DNA from: Candidatus Cloacimonadales bacterium | GTDB lineage: Bacteria > Cloacimonadota > Cloacimonadia > Cloacimonadales > JAFGVF01 | Assembly (NCBI GenBank): GCA_963677495.2 | Contig: CAXXOU010000001.1 | Coordinates: forward strand, 224,001 to 288,000 | Length of the DNA: 64,000 bases | Direction of reading: 5' to 3' | Shown here: piece after piece, positions 9,128 to 18,358 of the stretch | Position numbering within the stretch: position 1 is the stretch's first letter | Layout: every line of letters starts with the position of its first letter | Program-made: the position numbers and the translations under genes | Notes under the pieces: model-generated | Databases searched by the model: none | What the model saw: the letters and a program-made list of their open reading frames with translations, nothing else | Told to the model about the DNA's origin: nothing

Positions 9128-9553
9128 ATGAAAACACTGACTCCGAAACCTGACCAGATCCAGCATAACTGGATACTGATTGACGCAACGGATCAGACTC
9201 TGGGTAGACTTTCTACTAAAGTAGCTTCTATACTTCGCGGTAAGACAAAACCTTACTTTGCACCAAACCTTGATTGTGGTGACTATGTTGTCATTATCAA
9301 TGCAGAGAAGATTGTTGTAACCGGAAGTAAAGAACTTCAGAAAGTATATCAGGATTATAGTGGTTTTCCAGGTGGTTTAAGAGAAACCAGCTACGCAAAC
9401 ATGCGTGAGAACAAACCGGAAGAGATAATCCGCAGAGCAGTAAAAGGAATGATGCCAAAGAATATTCTTGGCCGTCAGATGATGACAAAATTAAAAATTT
9501 ACACAGGTTCTGAGCATCCACATGAAGCCCAGAAACCGGTTGCATTATCTTAG
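9128..9553 (+). CDS. rplM: 50S ribosomal protein L13
   Basis: LGRL, RGKTKP, DCGDYVVIINAEK, HPHEAQ. Confidence 0.98.
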   Translation: MKTLTPKPDQIQHNWILIDATDQTLGRLSTKVASILRGKTKPYFAPNLDCGDYVVIINAEKIVVTGSKELQKVYQDYSGFPGGLRETSYANMRENKPEEIIRRAVKGMMPKNILGRQMMTKLKIYTGSEHPHEAQKPVALS

Positions 9554-9564
9554 GAGGATACTGA

Positions 9565-9951
9565 ATGCAATATTTTGACGCTACCGGTAGAAGAAAAGAT
9601 GCTGTCGCAAGAGTACGTCTTACACCCGGAACCGGCAAAAGAATCATCAATAACCGTCTTATGAAAGATTACCTTCAGCGTGAAGTGCTTTCAATGATGG
9701 TTGAGCAACCATTCAACGTAGTTGAGCTTGGTGACAAGTTTGACCTTAAAGTGAATGTTTGCGGTGGTGGTTTAACCGGTCAAGCCGGCGCTATCAGACA
9801 TGGAGTATCAAGAGCACTCGTTTTATATGATGAGGAATTGAGAAAAGCTCTTAAGAAACGTGGTTTCCTTACTCGTGACCCTCGTATGGTTGAGAGAAAG
9901 AAACCGGGTCGTCCAAAAGCACGTAAGAGATTCCAGTTCTCTAAACGTTAA
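9565..9951 (+). CDS. rpsI: 30S ribosomal protein S9
   Basis: [31 protein letters not shown]...QFSKR. Confidence 0.98.
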   Translation: MQYFDATGRRKDAVARVRLTPGTGKRIINNRLMKDYLQREVLSMMVEQPFNVVELGDKFDLKVNVCGGGLTGQAGAIRHGVSRALVLYDEELRKALKKRGFLTRDPRMVERKKPGRPKARKRFQFSKR

Positions 9952-9974
9952 TCAGCTCATAATCTACCAAAAAA

Positions 9975-10062
9975 CCGTAGTGGGAGTTGTAAGGCGGTGT
10001 TTCCATTTAGTTTGGGAACTGAATTACGTATATCCCGGTGCGGAAATCTAACCGTATATTAA
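9975..10062 (+). promoter_or_regulatory. possible rpsB (S2) autoregulatory leader
   Basis: Structured GC-richer segment (CCGTA...TGCGG ends) directly upstream of rpsB; position-based inference only. Confidence 0.4.
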
Positions 10063-10074
10063 GGAGAAATTAGA

Positions 10075-10899
10075 ATGTCTGTGGTTTCTATGAAACAACT
10101 GCTCGAGGCTGGTGTACATTTTGGTCATCAGACTCAGAAATGGAACCCTAAAATGAAGAAATATATCTTCATCAAAAGAAACGGGATTCATATTCTTGAT
10201 TTAAAGCAAACCGTTGATTCAATCAACGATGCATATCAGTTTTTAAAAGACGTTGCCAGCAGAGGTGAACAGATCCTTTTTGTTGGAACAAAGAAACAGG
10301 CTCAGGACGCAGTTAAAATGGCTGCTGAAAAAGCTGAAGTATTTTACGTAAACAACCGCTGGCTTGGTGGTATGCTTACAAACATGAAGACTATCCGTCA
10401 ATCCGTTGAAAAAATGGAATATTATGAGGATATCGTTGAAGACGGCACTATCTCAAGTTTCACTAAACTTGAAGCTGTTAAAATGAAAAGAGTCCATGAC
10501 AAGATTGAAAAGAACCTTGGTGGAATTCGTGGTTTGAATAGAGTACCTGGTGCTGTATTCTGCGTTGACATCATGCATGAAGGCATTGCTATCCACGAAG
10601 CTAGAAAACTTGGTGTTCCAATCATTGCTATGGTTGATACTAATAGTGATCCTGATTTAGTGGACTATGTAATCCCATCTAATGATGACGCTATCCGTGC
10701 TATTCACCTTATCTCTGACATTATGGCTAAAGCTGTAATCGAAGGAAAACAGATGATGGGTGAAGGTATGCAGGCTGAAGATGCAGTTGAAGGTGAAGAA
10801 GTTACTGAAGAAGTAATCGAAGAAAAAGCACCAGAAGCTGTTGAAGAAGTAGAGAATAAACCGGAAGAAGCTGTTAAAACAGAAGAATCCGCGGAATAA
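10075..10899 (+). CDS. rpsB: 30S ribosomal protein S2
   Basis: LLEAGVHFGH, RWLGGMLTN, PSNDDAIRAI. Confidence 0.98.
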   Translation: MSVVSMKQLLEAGVHFGHQTQKWNPKMKKYIFIKRNGIHILDLKQTVDSINDAYQFLKDVASRGEQILFVGTKKQAQDAVKMAAEKAEVFYVNNRWLGGMLTNMKTIRQSVEKMEYYEDIVEDGTISSFTKLEAVKMKRVHDKIEKNLGGIRGLNRVPGAVFCVDIMHEGIAIHEARKLGVPIIAMVDTNSDPDLVDYVIPSNDDAIRAIHLISDIMAKAVIEGKQMMGEGMQAEDAVEGEEVTEEVIEEKAPEAVEEVENKPEEAVKTEESAE

Positions 10900-10906
10900 A
10901 CTTTAC

Positions 10907-10937
10907 GAGGGAAAGCTTCAGCTTTCCCTCTCTTTTT
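10907..10937 (+). terminator. hairpin/attenuator between rpsB and tsf
   Basis: GAGGGAAAGC-ttca-GCTTTCCCTC followed by TCTTTTT. Confidence 0.65.
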
Positions 10938-10980
10938 GTTTAATCATTTAACTAATAATATAAAATATAAGGAGTTTCCT

Positions 10981-11577
10981 ATGGCTAAAATCTCTGCAGC
11001 TGATGTAAAAAAACTTCGTGAACTTACAGGCGTAGGCATGATGGATTGTAAGAAAGCTTTGACTGAGAAAGATGGTAACCTTGACGAGGCTGTTAAATAT
11101 CTTCGTGAAAAAGGTCTCAGTAAAGCTGCTAAAAAAGCAGATCGTGAAACACATGAAGGACTTATCTATTCATACGTTCACACAAACGGCAAAGTTGGTG
11201 CTATGGTTGAAATGAGTTGCGAAACTGACTTCGTAGCTAGAACAGAAGCTTTCCAAGCACTTTGCAAAGATATCTGTATGCAGATCGTTGCAACAAACCC
11301 AATCGCAGTTAATGGTGATGACATTGATGATTCAACAATCCAAGCTGAAGCTGAGATTGCTAGAAATAAAGCTATCAATGATGGCAAACCTGAAAAAATT
11401 ATCGACCGTATCGTTGAAGGTATCGTAGGTAAATTCAGACAGGAAAATGCTCTTATGGAACAGGATTTCATTAAAGATTCTGATAAGAAAGTTTCTGACG
11501 TAATGAATGAAGCAATCATGTCTCTCGGAGAGAATATCAAGATTGCTCGTTTTGCAAGACTTTCACTTGGTGAATAA
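10981..11577 (+). CDS. tsf: elongation factor Ts (short form)
   Basis: VKKLRELTGVGMMDCKKAL, CETDFVA; AAGGAG RBS before ATG 10981. Confidence 0.97.
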   Translation: MAKISAADVKKLRELTGVGMMDCKKALTEKDGNLDEAVKYLREKGLSKAAKKADRETHEGLIYSYVHTNGKVGAMVEMSCETDFVARTEAFQALCKDICMQIVATNPIAVNGDDIDDSTIQAEAEIARNKAINDGKPEKIIDRIVEGIVGKFRQENALMEQDFIKDSDKKVSDVMNEAIMSLGENIKIARFARLSLGE

Positions 11578-11598
11578 TTAAGGTTGAGGTGCAGGTCT

Positions 11599-12324
11599 AT
11601 GGATAGATATACTCCCGGAAATATTCAACGTGTTATCTTTAAACTGAGTGGCGAAATCCTTGCAGGTGACAAAGGTTTCGGATTTGATGATGCAGTTGTT
11701 GATTCAATCACTGATGATATCATCGAATTACGTAAACTTGGTGTTTCAGTAGGAATCGTACTTGGTGGTGGCAATATCTTCCGTGGCGGAAGCATGACTA
11801 ATATGTCACTGGACAGAACTGTCCTCGATAATATCGGAATGCTTGCAACTATCCAGAATGCTCTCTATCTTGCTGAAGTTATTACTCGTAAAAACCACAG
11901 AGCTGAAGTTTTCTCTGCTATCCAAGCAGATAAAATTGCTAAATTCTATACACCAGGTCGTGTAAAGACAGCTCTAAAAGAAGGAAGAATCTGCTTCCTT
12001 TGTGGTGGTACAGGTAATCCATTCTTCACTACTGATACAGCTGCTGTTCTTAGAGCAATCGAACTGAATGCCGGACTGGTTCTGAAAGGAACAAAAGTCG
12101 ATGGTGTTTATTCTGCTGATCCGGTTAAAGTTCCGGATGCAGTTAAATATGATAGTTTATCATACGATGAAGCACTTATGAAAGAATTAAGAATTATGGA
12201 TATGACTGCCTTCTCTCTCGCCAGAGAACATGATTTGACCATAAAAGTTTTTGATGTAACGAAGAAAGGAAATGTCCGGAACGCACTTCTGGAACAAACA
12301 ACCGGCACAATTATTCATAAGTAA
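11599..12324 (+). CDS. pyrH: uridylate kinase
   Basis: KLSGE, GGGNIFRG, GTGNPFFTTDTAA, KVDGVY. Confidence 0.97.
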   Translation: MDRYTPGNIQRVIFKLSGEILAGDKGFGFDDAVVDSITDDIIELRKLGVSVGIVLGGGNIFRGGSMTNMSLDRTVLDNIGMLATIQNALYLAEVITRKNHRAEVFSAIQADKIAKFYTPGRVKTALKEGRICFLCGGTGNPFFTTDTAAVLRAIELNAGLVLKGTKVDGVYSADPVKVPDAVKYDSLSYDEALMKELRIMDMTAFSLAREHDLTIKVFDVTKKGNVRNALLEQTTGTIIHK

Positions 12325-12335
12325 TTGGGGGAATT

Positions 12336-12890
12336 ATGCAAGACTATATTAACGATATAGATAAGAAGATGGAAAAGTCCTTTGAGTCTCTCTTAGGTAA
12401 CTTTGCCAAAGTTAGAACAGGTAGAGCAAACGCCAGTGTTCTTGATAATATCAAGATTAACTATTACGGTGCTCCAACTCCTGTTAAACAGTTATGTAAC
12501 ATCAGTATTCCTGAAGCAAGAATGATCGTTCTTCAGCCTTGGGATAAAACTACATTAGCTGAGATCGAAAAAGCGATTTATGCTGCTAATTTAGGCGTTA
12601 CACCTGAAAATGATGGCAACATAATCCGTCTTCCTTTCCAAGCTCTTACTGAAGATAAACGTAAAGAGATTGTGAAACAAGTTAAGCAGATGGGCGAAGA
12701 AGCTAAGATAGCTGTTCGCAACATCCGCAGAGATGCTAACGACCATATTAAGAAAGCCAAGAAGAATTCTGATATCACTGAAGATGATGAGAAGATGTAT
12801 CTCAAGAATACTCAGGATAAAACAGACAAGTGGATTTCTAAAGTGGATGAAGCTATCTCTAATAAAGAAAAAGAGATAATGGAAGTTTAA
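12336..12890 (+). CDS. frr: ribosome recycling factor
   Basis: RTGRA, YYGAPTP, AVRNIRRDAN, KEKEIMEV. Confidence 0.98.
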   Translation: MQDYINDIDKKMEKSFESLLGNFAKVRTGRANASVLDNIKINYYGAPTPVKQLCNISIPEARMIVLQPWDKTTLAEIEKAIYAANLGVTPENDGNIIRLPFQALTEDKRKEIVKQVKQMGEEAKIAVRNIRRDANDHIKKAKKNSDITEDDEKMYLKNTQDKTDKWISKVDEAISNKEKEIMEV

Positions 12891-12909
12891 TCACTTCCTG
12901 ATATATTTC

Positions 12910-12937
12910 AAGCCCCTTGTTCGCAAGGGGCTTTTTT
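12910..12937 (+). terminator. rho-independent terminator after frr (inside 59-bp direct repeat copy 1, 12882-12940)
   Basis: AAGCCCCTTG-ttcg-CAAGGGGCTT followed by a T tract. Confidence 0.9.
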
Positions 12938-13072
12938 GATTACTTTTTTTATCTTGACGAATGATTATTAAATATATAAATTTGCTATATTGAAATTGAG
13001 GGTTGAATGGATATAAGGATTAGAGCCTTCTATTAAACATAATCATAGTACATTCCCTCTTGAAGGAACTAT

Positions 13073-14479
13073 ATGAAAGCATTAATACTCATACTTTGCT
13101 TAATTAGTTGCAATTGCGTCATTGCCTTAGAATTTGATATTCCTCGTTTACCTGAATCAATTGATGTATCAGATATTGATTTAGATGGGAATTATGATGT
13201 TGCAATAGGGCATTCTTCGAGTTTAGGAGCTCCAACAATTACTATTCTTTCAAATTTCGAAGGGACAGAGTTTACATTCATAGATTCTTCAATAGTATAT
13301 CAGTCCTACATTGAAGCTATCCAATTTGCTTGTATAGATGGTGATGAATACCCAGATTTAGTTGCAACTTTTTCTGATTATATTGCTCCAACAGATTTCA
13401 ACAATTTAAGAGTTTACTATAATGATGAGAATGGATATCAATTACCAACAGATTATTTGATAACAACAAATTCAGGGCCTAAAAGATTCTCTTGTGCTGA
13501 TGTAACTGGGGATGGTCTAGATGATGTCATATTTATTTCCAATCACGATATGCTTTGTGCTTCAATGCTAAACTTGAGCAATTGTCAGTTTATGCCTGCA
13601 ACAATTTTAAATTTAGGATTCCCACCTCAAAACATAACGAGTGGAGACCTTACGGGAAATGGATGTGATGATATACTAATATCCGGAAATCCCACAATCT
13701 TTAGCTACACTGATGGACAGTGGGAATCTCAGATTCTTGAGGATGGATTAATAAATATGTACTCAGAAATAAGTGATTTGGATAATGACGGGGATAACGA
13801 CATTATTACCTATACAACACCTATGATGGGGGATGATTATGAGTTAAGAATTTTCGAGAATCAATCAGGGCAATTCGTTTTTCATTCATTGCATGTTTAT
13901 TCATTTCCAAGTGCGTTAGAGGTATTTGATCATAACAATGATAACCTTCCAGATTTCCTGTTGGCAAATAAGTTAGTTACTAATCTTGGAAATTTTACCT
14001 TTTCTGAACCCGATACGCTTCTTCTTGTCGGGAATGATAATGCCTTTGCAGATTTAGATCATAATGGATATTTAGACATTCTTGGAGTTGTTGCTAATTA
14101 TGGTGAAAATCGAGGGGTTTTAAGAATTCTCTTTAATGATGGGATGGGAAATTTTCTACCCGAACCTCCAACTGGGATTGAAGAAGAAACTAACCCATTG
14201 ATAGGAAGTATTGAGCTTATTTGTTACCCAAATCCATTCAACCCAACAACTACTATATCTTTCTCTATCCCAAAAGATGATAAGGTAGAGTTGTCAATCT
14301 ACAATATTAAAGGTCAGAAAGTGAAAATGCTTACTTCTGATCATTATTTAAAGGGTAATCATAGTGTTGTATGGAATGGAACTGATAAAAATGATAAATC
14401 AGTTGCAAGTGGTGTGTATTTCTACAGACTTAAGACTTCTGATAAGACATATTCCAAGAAAATGATGCTATTAAAGTAG
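13073..14479 (+). CDS. secreted FG-GAP/VCBS repeat protein with PNPFNP FlgD-Ig/T9SS-like C-terminal domain
   Basis: Signal peptide; repeated DxDxDGxxD motifs; [13 protein letters not shown]...IYNIKGQKV...WNGTD...[10 protein letters not shown]...KKMMLLK. Confidence 0.9.
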   Translation: MKALILILCLISCNCVIALEFDIPRLPESIDVSDIDLDGNYDVAIGHSSSLGAPTITILSNFEGTEFTFIDSSIVYQSYIEAIQFACIDGDEYPDLVATFSDYIAPTDFNNLRVYYNDENGYQLPTDYLITTNSGPKRFSCADVTGDGLDDVIFISNHDMLCASMLNLSNCQFMPATILNLGFPPQNITSGDLTGNGCDDILISGNPTIFSYTDGQWESQILEDGLINMYSEISDLDNDGDNDIITYTTPMMGDDYELRIFENQSGQFVFHSLHVYSFPSALEVFDHNNDNLPDFLLANKLVTNLGNFTFSEPDTLLLVGNDNAFADLDHNGYLDILGVVANYGENRGVLRILFNDGMGNFLPEPPTGIEEETNPLIGSIELICYPNPFNPTTTISFSIPKDDKVELSIYNIKGQKVKMLTSDHYLKGNHSVVWNGTDKNDKSVASGVYFYRLKTSDKTYSKKMMLLK

Positions 14480-14507
14480 AAGTTTAAGCACTTCCTCATA
14501 TATTTCT

Positions 14508-14534
14508 AGCCCCTTGTTCGCAAGGGGCTTTTTT
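14508..14534 (+). terminator. rho-independent terminator (inside 59-bp direct repeat copy 2, 14479-14537)
   Basis: Same hairpin as 12910-12937. Confidence 0.9.
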
Positions 14535-14545
14535 GATATAATATT

Positions 14546-14769
14546 GGGCGACTCTGTCAGAGTTGGATTGTTTCGGGAACTTGCCCATAGGTTGAAACCT
14601 ATGGCAAACAATGGGGAACCCTTTCCAGGTTCAGATGCATAATCCCTTTTAAAGGTTACCTGTACCCTAGAGAAATATGATTATCCTGAAAGGATAACCC
14701 AATGTTAGCCATGGTGCTTTAGCCCATGGATATAAATACCCCATCAACACGACCCTGACGGGGTCGTCC
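14546..14769. repeat. REPIN-like element of mirrored hairpins (family B)
   Basis: CGACTCTGTCAGAGTTG mirrored by CGACCCTGACGGGGTCG; CCATAGGTTGAAACCTATGG mirrored by CCATGGTGCTTTAGCCCATGG; GGCAAACAATGGG mirrored by CCCAATGTTAGCC. Confidence 0.7.
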
Positions 14770-14852
14770 TAACAAGTATTAGCAACAAATCTATTGACAC
14801 CACATATCCTCCCTCACTCTTTTAACAAAACTGTTTATATTAAGGAGCCAAG

Positions 14853-15926
14853 ATGAAGAAGACCATTATCGCACTTGTTTTAGTTATTCAATCTCTTATG
14901 CTTATAGCTGAGGAACCCTGGAAGGACTTTATCCCGGAACCTAAGAACAATGCATTTCCAAAGAAGTACTTTTGTCAGAAGGTAGAAAAAGCCCCGATTA
15001 TTGATGGTAAAATCGATGATGCAGAGTGGGAATTAGCAGAATGGACGGATAAGTTTGTGGATATTGAGGGGTCAAGAAAGCCTAATCCTGAGTTCAAGAC
15101 TGCTGTAAAAATGCTTTGGGATAACGAATATTTCTATTTCGCATGCAGGATGGAAGAACCGCATGTTTGGGCAAAGCTGAAAGAGAGAGACTCTGTAATC
15201 TTCTACGATAATGACTTCGAAATCTTCATCGATCCTGACGGAGATACAAAGAACTATTACGAGTTCGAGATGAACGCTTTCAATACAGTTTGGGATCTTC
15301 TTCTTATAAATGCCTATAGAGATGGTGGTCCTGCAGCTATAGACTCATGGGATATTCAAGGCTTGAAGACTGCTGTCCATATCGATGGTACTATAAATGA
15401 CCCATCAGATGTAGATAAAGGCTGGAGCGTAGAGGTAGCATTGCCTTGGAAAGTGTTGGAAGAGTGTGCACAGGGTGCTCCACCAAAACCGGGTGATATT
15501 TGGAGAGTGAACTTCTCTAGAGTTCAATGGGATACCGACATTGTTGATGGTGATTACGTTAAGAGGAAAGCTCCGGAGCACAACTGGGTTTGGTCACCTC
15601 AAGGTTTAATCAACATGCACTATCCTGAGATGTGGGGATTTGTTCAATTCCAGGAAAATAACCAACCTGAGTTCGCAAAAGAGACAATCATGTTAGAGAA
15701 GATCAAGTGGCAGTTAAGAAGACTCTACTACAAAGAGTACACATACAGACTTAAACATGGAGAGTACACGGACATCCCTCGCGATATGGGTCTGGATGTT
15801 AGCCGTGAGTTCCCGCCACCATCAATATTTATTACACCTAACTGGTTTGAAGCTCGCATTATTCACAAAGGATATTTCGTATATATCCAAGCTGACGGTA
15901 AAGTATGGTGGGAGAAGAAAGAATGA
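14853..15926 (+). CDS. secreted carbohydrate-binding family 9-like (CBM9/DOMON-like) protein
   Basis: Signal peptide; APIIDGKIDD.EW, KMLWD, DNDFEIFIDPDGD, WSVEVALPW, WRVNFSRV, NWVWSPQ. Confidence 0.85.
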   Translation: MKKTIIALVLVIQSLMLIAEEPWKDFIPEPKNNAFPKKYFCQKVEKAPIIDGKIDDAEWELAEWTDKFVDIEGSRKPNPEFKTAVKMLWDNEYFYFACRMEEPHVWAKLKERDSVIFYDNDFEIFIDPDGDTKNYYEFEMNAFNTVWDLLLINAYRDGGPAAIDSWDIQGLKTAVHIDGTINDPSDVDKGWSVEVALPWKVLEECAQGAPPKPGDIWRVNFSRVQWDTDIVDGDYVKRKAPEHNWVWSPQGLINMHYPEMWGFVQFQENNQPEFAKETIMLEKIKWQLRRLYYKEYTYRLKHGEYTDIPRDMGLDVSREFPPPSIFITPNWFEARIIHKGYFVYIQADGKVWWEKKE

Positions 15927-17173
15927 AGATTCTGATTAAGCAGGGATTACTAAATGGTCAACCTGTAGATCTTCTAGTTGATGGCAAATACATCGCTAGA
16001 ATAGACTCTAATATTGAGGAGGATGCTGACGTTACAATAGATGCAAGTGATAAGGCAATTCTACCACCATATGTGAATGCTCATACCCATGCAGCAATGA
16101 CCCTTCTCCGTGGTTATGCTGATGATATGGAGTTGATGGATTGGCTTCAAAACAAGATATGGCCCTTAGAAGCTAAACTCACTGAAGAAGATATTTATGT
16201 CGGAACTAAGCTTGCCTGCCTTGAGATGATTAAATCAGGTACTGCGTACTTTGTGGATATGTATTGGCATCTTCCGGGAATCGTAAAAGCAGTTGAAGAG
16301 ATGGGATTGAAAGCTCTGTTATCAGGTGTTATCATAGATTCTTTTGATGAGAAGCAAGCAGAAGCAATGCAAAAGAAGAACGAGAAACTATTCAAGGAAC
16401 TGAAATGGAGCGATAACGTGCAGTTCTGTCTGGGACCTCATGCAATATATACAGTTTCTGAGAAAAGCCTTAAATGGGTGCGCAATTTTGCTACAGAGCA
16501 TAAAATCCCTATCACTATCCATCTCTCAGAAACTGAGTATGTAGTTAGTGAATGTGAAAAGCGATATGGCATGCGTCCCGTTGAGTTTCTTGATAGCATC
16601 GGTTTCCTGGGTTCTGATGTAATCGCAGCTCATTGCGTGCATCTTTCAGATAAGGAGATAGAGATTCTAAAGAGAGACCAAGTAATCGTTGCTCATAATC
16701 CAATCTCGAATATGAAGCTTTGTTCCGGTGTAATGCCTTTCGAAAGATTAAGTAAAGCAGGTGTTGAGATAACGCTTGGAACTGATGGTTGTTCCTCAAA
16801 CAATAATCTCAATATGGCAGATGAGATGAAGATGATGGCATTAATACATAAAAGTGCTTCCGGTAATCCCAAACTTGCATCAGCAGATGAAGTTTATGCA
16901 TGTGCAACTGATAATAGAATTAAGCACCTCTTTCCTGAAACCGGTAAGATAGAGGCTGGCAAGCGTGCTGATCTTATCCTAGTAGATTTAACTCATCCTC
17001 AAATGCAGCCAAATCATAATCTTATCTCGAATCTGGTTTATTCCGGTACAGGTGATGTTGTTGATACAATGATTATAGATGGAAAAATTCTGATGCAAGA
17101 CAAACATGTTACCGATGAAGATGAGATTAGACAACAAGTAAAAAAGACTGTTCAGGAAATTCTAAGCAGATAA
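15923..17173 (+). CDS. amidohydrolase, 5'-methylthioadenosine/S-adenosylhomocysteine deaminase-like
   Basis: NAHTHAAMTLLRG, PHAIYT, HLSET, HNPISNMKL, LGTDG..SNN; ATGA overlap with the upstream gene. Confidence 0.9.
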   Translation: MKILIKQGLLNGQPVDLLVDGKYIARIDSNIEEDADVTIDASDKAILPPYVNAHTHAAMTLLRGYADDMELMDWLQNKIWPLEAKLTEEDIYVGTKLACLEMIKSGTAYFVDMYWHLPGIVKAVEEMGLKALLSGVIIDSFDEKQAEAMQKKNEKLFKELKWSDNVQFCLGPHAIYTVSEKSLKWVRNFATEHKIPITIHLSETEYVVSECEKRYGMRPVEFLDSIGFLGSDVIAAHCVHLSDKEIEILKRDQVIVAHNPISNMKLCSGVMPFERLSKAGVEITLGTDGCSSNNNLNMADEMKMMALIHKSASGNPKLASADEVYACATDNRIKHLFPETGKIEAGKRADLILVDLTHPQMQPNHNLISNLVYSGTGDVVDTMIIDGKILMQDKHVTDEDEIRQQVKKTVQEILSR

Positions 17174-17195
17174 TAAGAACTATTAGTAAATACAT

Positions 17196-17225
17196 AAGAC
17201 CGATGAAATCCCATCGGTCTTTTTT
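17196..17225 (+). terminator. rho-independent terminator
   Basis: AAGACCGATG-aaatcc-CATCGGTCTT followed by a T tract. Confidence 0.85.
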
Positions 17226-17470
17226 CATATCCCCTCTTCATTGCACTATCATAATTCGTATCCTTTTCCACTCAATTTCTACCCGATTTCTTTCCTGTCT
17301 CTTGGCAATTTTACCCGGAGAGCCCCAAGAGACTCCCTAGATTCGATCAATTATTGGGTAGCAATTATGATAGAGCAATGAAAGTATAAAGATACTGAAA
17401 AAATACTCACTTTCGATATATTCGTGATATTGAGCAAGTTGCTCCTATTCCAGGTATCTGTGGCATTCCT

Positions 17471-17555
17471 GACCACGGGTTGACCACGGGTAAACCACGG
17501 GTTGACCACGGCTTCTGCCGTTTAGCCGTGGTTTGGCCGTGGTTATTCCATGGTA
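17471..17555. repeat. 11-bp-phased palindromic CCACGG array
   Basis: CCACGG at 17473/17484/17495/17506, then inverted CCGTGG/CCATGG at 17526/17537/17548; homologous to 43385-43471. Confidence 0.85.
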
Positions 17556-17576
17556 AAGTATGCATTTGGAGTTAAT

Positions 17577-18310
17577 ATGGAGTTAATCGACTGTGTCGAT
17601 TTGTCATGTGGTACTTAGTTTATTAGCCGGATTTCTGGTGGTTAAGTTCTTTGCCGTTATCCTGCAATTGCATCTTCGCAGTTGATGCTGTCCAAAATTA
17701 TGGAGTTAGTCGACTGTGTCGATTTGTCATGTGGTACTGAGTTTATTAGCCGGGTTTCTGGTGGTTAAGTTCTTTGCTGTTATCCTGCAATTGCATCTAC
17801 GCAGTTGATGCAGTCCAAAATTATGGAGTTAATCGACTGTGTCGATTTGTCATGTGGTACTTAGTTTATTAGCCGGGTTTCTGGTGGTTAAGTTCTTTGC
17901 TGTTATCCTGCAATTGCATCTACGCAGTTGATGCAGTCCAAAATTATGGAGTTAGTCGACTGTGTCGATTTGTCATGTGGTACTTAGTTTATTAGCCGGG
18001 TTTCTGGTGGTTAAGTTCTTTGCTGTTATTCTGCCATTGCATCTACGCAGTTGATGCTGTCCAAAATTATGGAGTTAGTCGACTGTGTCGATTTGTCATG
18101 TGGTACTTAGTTTATTAGCCGGGTTTCTGGTGGTTAAGTTCTTTGCTGTTATTCTGCCATTGCATCTACGCAGTTGATGCAGTCCAAAATTATGGAGTTA
18201 ATCGACTGTCGATTTGTCATGTGTTACTTAGTTTATTAGCCGGGTTTCTGGTGGTTAAGTTCTTTGCTGTTATCCTGCCATTGCATCTTCGCAGTTGATG
18301 CAGTCCAAAA
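17577..18310. repeat. tandem array of six ~123-bp noncoding units
   Basis: Units start at 17577, 17700, 17823, 17946, 18069 and 18192; few substitutions; the last unit has a 2-bp deletion; stop codons in all six frames. Confidence 0.97.
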
Positions 18311-18338
18311 AAAAAAGCCGGAGCAAAACTCCGGCTTT
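18307..18338 (-). terminator. rho-independent terminator of the lipoprotein gene
   Basis: GCCGGAG-caaaa-CTCCGGC with A10 on the + strand, i.e. a T tract on the - strand. Confidence 0.88.
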
Positions 18339-18358
18339 AATATATCTCTTATTATCTA

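Noticed and set aside
10981..11577. Truncated EF-Ts
   Set aside because: The short ~200-aa EF-Ts form is an established natural variant, and this ORF is intact
12882..14537. Integron cassette (attC)
   Set aside because: The repeats are terminator duplications lacking RYYYAAC/GTTRRRY architecture, and no integron integrase is present
17577..18310. CRISPR array or repeat-protein gene
   Set aside because: Units are near-identical along their whole length with no unique spacers, no cas genes are present in the window, and all six frames contain stops in each unit
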